This document shows, one piece after another, positions 61,271 to 64,000 of a stretch of DNA of 64,000 nt. Position numbers and translations under genes: made by a program. Every line of letters begins with the position of its first letter. Positions within the stretch are counted from its first letter, which is position 1. The stretch is taken from the NCBI GenBank assembly GCA_965214775.1, contig OZ243974.1:128001-192000 (forward strand), read 5' to 3'. Source of the stretch: Nitrosopumilus sp. (GTDB lineage Archaea; Thermoproteota; Nitrososphaeria; Nitrososphaerales; Nitrosopumilaceae). The notes below the pieces were generated by a model. It was not told the origin of the DNA. It ran no database searches and saw nothing but the letters and a program-made list of their open reading frames with translations.

Positions 61271-61360
61271 GAAAGAGTTTACCCCTCAGGCGACACTGCT
61301 GGCCGGAGCATTCGTGATCACGCTTGTTGTGCCGTATCCCATTGGAGGGGCAAACTCTTC
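61271..61360. mobile_element. MITE family A copy 4
   Basis: 9-bp TSD CTCATCGTC at 61262-61270 and 61361-61369. Confidence 0.88.
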
Positions 61361-61689
61361 CTCATCGTCGATCCCATGTACACGGTACATAATCTTAGTA
61401 CGCAGGCATGATTTTGTGACACAGGTACTTTTTGTGCTCAGCAATCAAGGCGACTTTCAGGCCCAACAGCAATGCCAGATCACAGGATACAGATAAGATT
61501 TCACACAGCGTCTTAAGCTTGGCAGTCATTTTACGGGAAACGATTTTGATAATCCCTTCATGAGGCGCACAAAATAAAATTTTAACCTTGAAGAATTCAA
61601 ATCAGATACAGACAAGCAGAGAAGGCGCACAAAATAAAATTTTGAAAAACGCTATTAATAAATAAACATAACTAAAACTGCATACAGAA

Positions 61690-62829
61690 TTGTTGTTTTC
61701 ACATATTTCAGATACACATTTAGGGCTTGTACAATATGGTTCAGAAGAAAGAGCACAGGATATCTATGATGTTTTTAATCAAGCTATAGATACATCAATA
61801 AAAGATCACGTCAATTTTGTTATTTTTGCAGGAGATGTTTTCGATGTTCCAAATCCAAACGGAACGGCGGTTGTTCAAATGGCAAATGGATTAAAGAGGC
61901 TAAAAGAAAATGACATTGATTCATTTTTTATTTTAGGAGAACACGATATTAGCAGGGTTAGAACAACGCCAATTCCATACGTATACCACAATTTAGGATT
62001 CTCAAATTACATTGGCAACGGTGAGCCGCATAAACACAAAGGGGTTTTGATTGTAGGTTTTGACAAGATTAGAAAGGCAGAGATTTCACAGTATGAAGAA
62101 AAATTTTCTAAAATAGACAAGGATGTAAAAAATCACAACGGACATAAAATTTTGGTTTTACATCAAGGCGTTACAGAATTTAACAAATTTGCTGGAGAAA
62201 TCCAATCAACAGATCTTCCAAAAAATTTTTCATACTATGCAATGGGACATTTACACGACAAAGACATCAAACAATTCAATCATCTTAATGGGCCAATAGC
62301 ATATCCTGGTTCAACTGAACTAACTATAAGTGAAGGGATTAAGGAAAGCAAGAAAGGATTTTTCGAAGTAGATATTTCAACTCAAGAACCGAAACCCAAT
62401 TGGATAGAATTAGACACAAGACCACAACTTTCATTTGAAACAGATTACGACAAATTGGCTCAATCTATTAACAAGATTTCTGAAAGAGTTTCAGGGCTTG
62501 TAAAAAAGCCAATAGTCGAAGTGAAAATCAAAGGAGATACTATAGAAACAGACCACATTCAGGCTCAAATTTCACGCCTAAATGCTCTTGTTTTGAGATG
62601 CTTTTGGAGAATTAGTGCAAAAAAGGTTTCGGATTCTTCGGTGTTTTTGGATAGGCCAAATGTAATCGATGACGAAATGTTGCGATTGGCAACCGATGCC
62701 CTAAATTCTGAAGAATCTGCCAATTTTGCAATAAAGGAACTGCTTCCGGTTCTTACAACTGGCAAAACAGAACGTGCATCAGAGTTAGTCTACGATAATT
62801 TTGAAAAATTCAAGGAGAAGAAAAAATGA
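61690..62829 (+). CDS. mre11: Mre11 nuclease
   Basis: HISDTHLG, AGDVFD, GEHD, MGHLH, YPGS. Confidence 0.92.
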   Translation: MLFSHISDTHLGLVQYGSEERAQDIYDVFNQAIDTSIKDHVNFVIFAGDVFDVPNPNGTAVVQMANGLKRLKENDIDSFFILGEHDISRVRTTPIPYVYHNLGFSNYIGNGEPHKHKGVLIVGFDKIRKAEISQYEEKFSKIDKDVKNHNGHKILVLHQGVTEFNKFAGEIQSTDLPKNFSYYAMGHLHDKDIKQFNHLNGPIAYPGSTELTISEGIKESKKGFFEVDISTQEPKPNWIELDTRPQLSFETDYDKLAQSINKISERVSGLVKKPIVEVKIKGDTIETDHIQAQISRLNALVLRCFWRISAKKVSDSSVFLDRPNVIDDEMLRLATDALNSEESANFAIKELLPVLTTGKTERASELVYDNFEKFKEKKK

Positions 62830-64000
62830 TCACATTAATAGAATTAGGAGACTTTTTGGCACATTCAAATACAAAACTAGAATTCGAGAATGGGGTTACA
62901 GTCTTTGTCGGACATAACGGAGCAGGAAAATCAAGCATCATTGATGCAATTACATTTGCTCTTTTTGGTCGGCATACTAGAAAATCAAACAAAGGACTAA
63001 TCAAAAGGGGAACAAATCAAGGATTTGCAAAAATAAATTTTTCGGCAAATGGAAGAAACTTTGAAGCGGTAAGAAAAGTAGACACTAAGGGAAATCTATC
63101 AGCTAAATTATCAGAGTTGCGTGATAATGACCAAATTGAATTAGCAGCTGGAGAAAGAAAACAGTTTGGGGAATCGATGACAAGCGAGGTTGAAAAAATA
63201 ATTGGTCTTGACTTTGAAAAGCTGAAAATTGCTTCAATTGTTCAACAGGGAGAATTGAATGCGATTATCAAAGCAAGGCCAAAAGAATTCAAAGAGTTGC
63301 TTAATGCAATTATTGGAATTGACAAGCTAGACACTGCGGTCGAATCTATGAAGGTTGTAAACAAAGAATTTCGTGAAAAGATTAATGAAAAAATCGGATA
63401 CGATGATACGCATATTGATATTTTATCCAGAGATCTGAAAAGAAATCAAGAAGAAATCGAACGATCAATTCCCACTAGAGCAAAACTGGAAGAAGAGCAA
63501 AAAAAACTGCAAAAGGAAACTGAAGAAATTAGAAAAAGGATTGAGACAGATGCGCCTAAAATTGACAAAATCGATCAGATTAAATTAAGAAAAAAAGATC
63601 TGCTTTCATACGCCAAAGAGGCCATACGAGAGATTCAAGAAGAAATATCAGAAAATGAGCGTAAAATTAGGGATTGCCAGGGATGTTTTGAAGATGCAAC
63701 GCAAAAAGAGGATCTAGAATCTAAAATCCGCATAGTAGAGGAAACAATTGAAGATACAACTAAAAAAATTCAGGAAATGACAAATCAAGTTGCATCATTA
63801 AAAGAGAAGTTAATTCTTGCAGAAAAGCTACAATTAAAAGACAACAAATGTCCAGTGTGCGGTTCTAATGTTGAAAAACTAAACCCATTATTTCAGGAAG
63901 AACACCTCAAAGAAGAAATCAACACATTGCAAGATCAGATTTTCTCAAAAGGAAAAGAAAAAGAAATTTACAAGAAAAAAAGAGCGGGATTCTCAGAAAA
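62826..64000 (+). CDS. rad50: Rad50 ATPase (runs off the window end)
   Basis: ATG at 62826; GHNGAGKSS Walker A, VQQGE Q-loop, coiled coil, CPVC Zn hook near 63849. Confidence 0.9.
   Translation, partial: MITLIELGDFLAHSNTKLEFENGVTVFVGHNGAGKSSIIDAITFALFGRHTRKSNKGLIKRGTNQGFAKINFSANGRNFEAVRKVDTKGNLSAKLSELRDNDQIELAAGERKQFGESMTSEVEKIIGLDFEKLKIASIVQQGELNAIIKARPKEFKELLNAIIGIDKLDTAVESMKVVNKEFREKINEKIGYDDTHIDILSRDLKRNQEEIERSIPTRAKLEEEQKKLQKETEEIRKRIETDAPKIDKIDQIKLRKKDLLSYAKEAIREIQEEISENERKIRDCQGCFEDATQKEDLESKIRIVEETIEDTTKKIQEMTNQVASLKEKLILAEKLQLKDNKCPVCGSNVEKLNPLFQEEHLKEEINTLQDQIFSKGKEKEIYKKKRAGFSE

Overview
Chromosomal segment of an ammonia-oxidising archaeon (Nitrosopumilaceae-like Nitrososphaerota, inferred from protein content). 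The backbone is housekeeping: futalosine-pathway genes, ilvC, metG, ahcY, nadE/A/C/X, cysS, truD, cdc48, hppA, rpo7-spt4, nurA-herA and mre11-rad50. It is densely interrupted by mobile DNA, as in host-associated lineages. (1) A 3.33-kb IS6-family cargo transposon (5208-8539; 30-bp perfect TIRs, 8-bp TSD) carries a SWIM-fused transposase, an AbrB-like regulator, an HNH nuclease plus methyltransferase pair with a slipped G10 tract, and a tRNA gene with a Leu/Ser-type long-variable-arm body but an Ile UAU anticodon. (2) A 478-bp non-autonomous IS110-family element is nested in an IS630 copy. Its non-coding end holds a bridge-RNA-like structure whose loops match the exact insertion site and the element's own end. 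(3) A DUF499 ATPase / SNF2 helicase-nuclease / DUF1156 methylase defence operon contains an in-frame G12 tract. (4) Two IS630 copies and at least five MITE families are present, some altering host genes. All family assignments come from motif recognition only; no searches were run.
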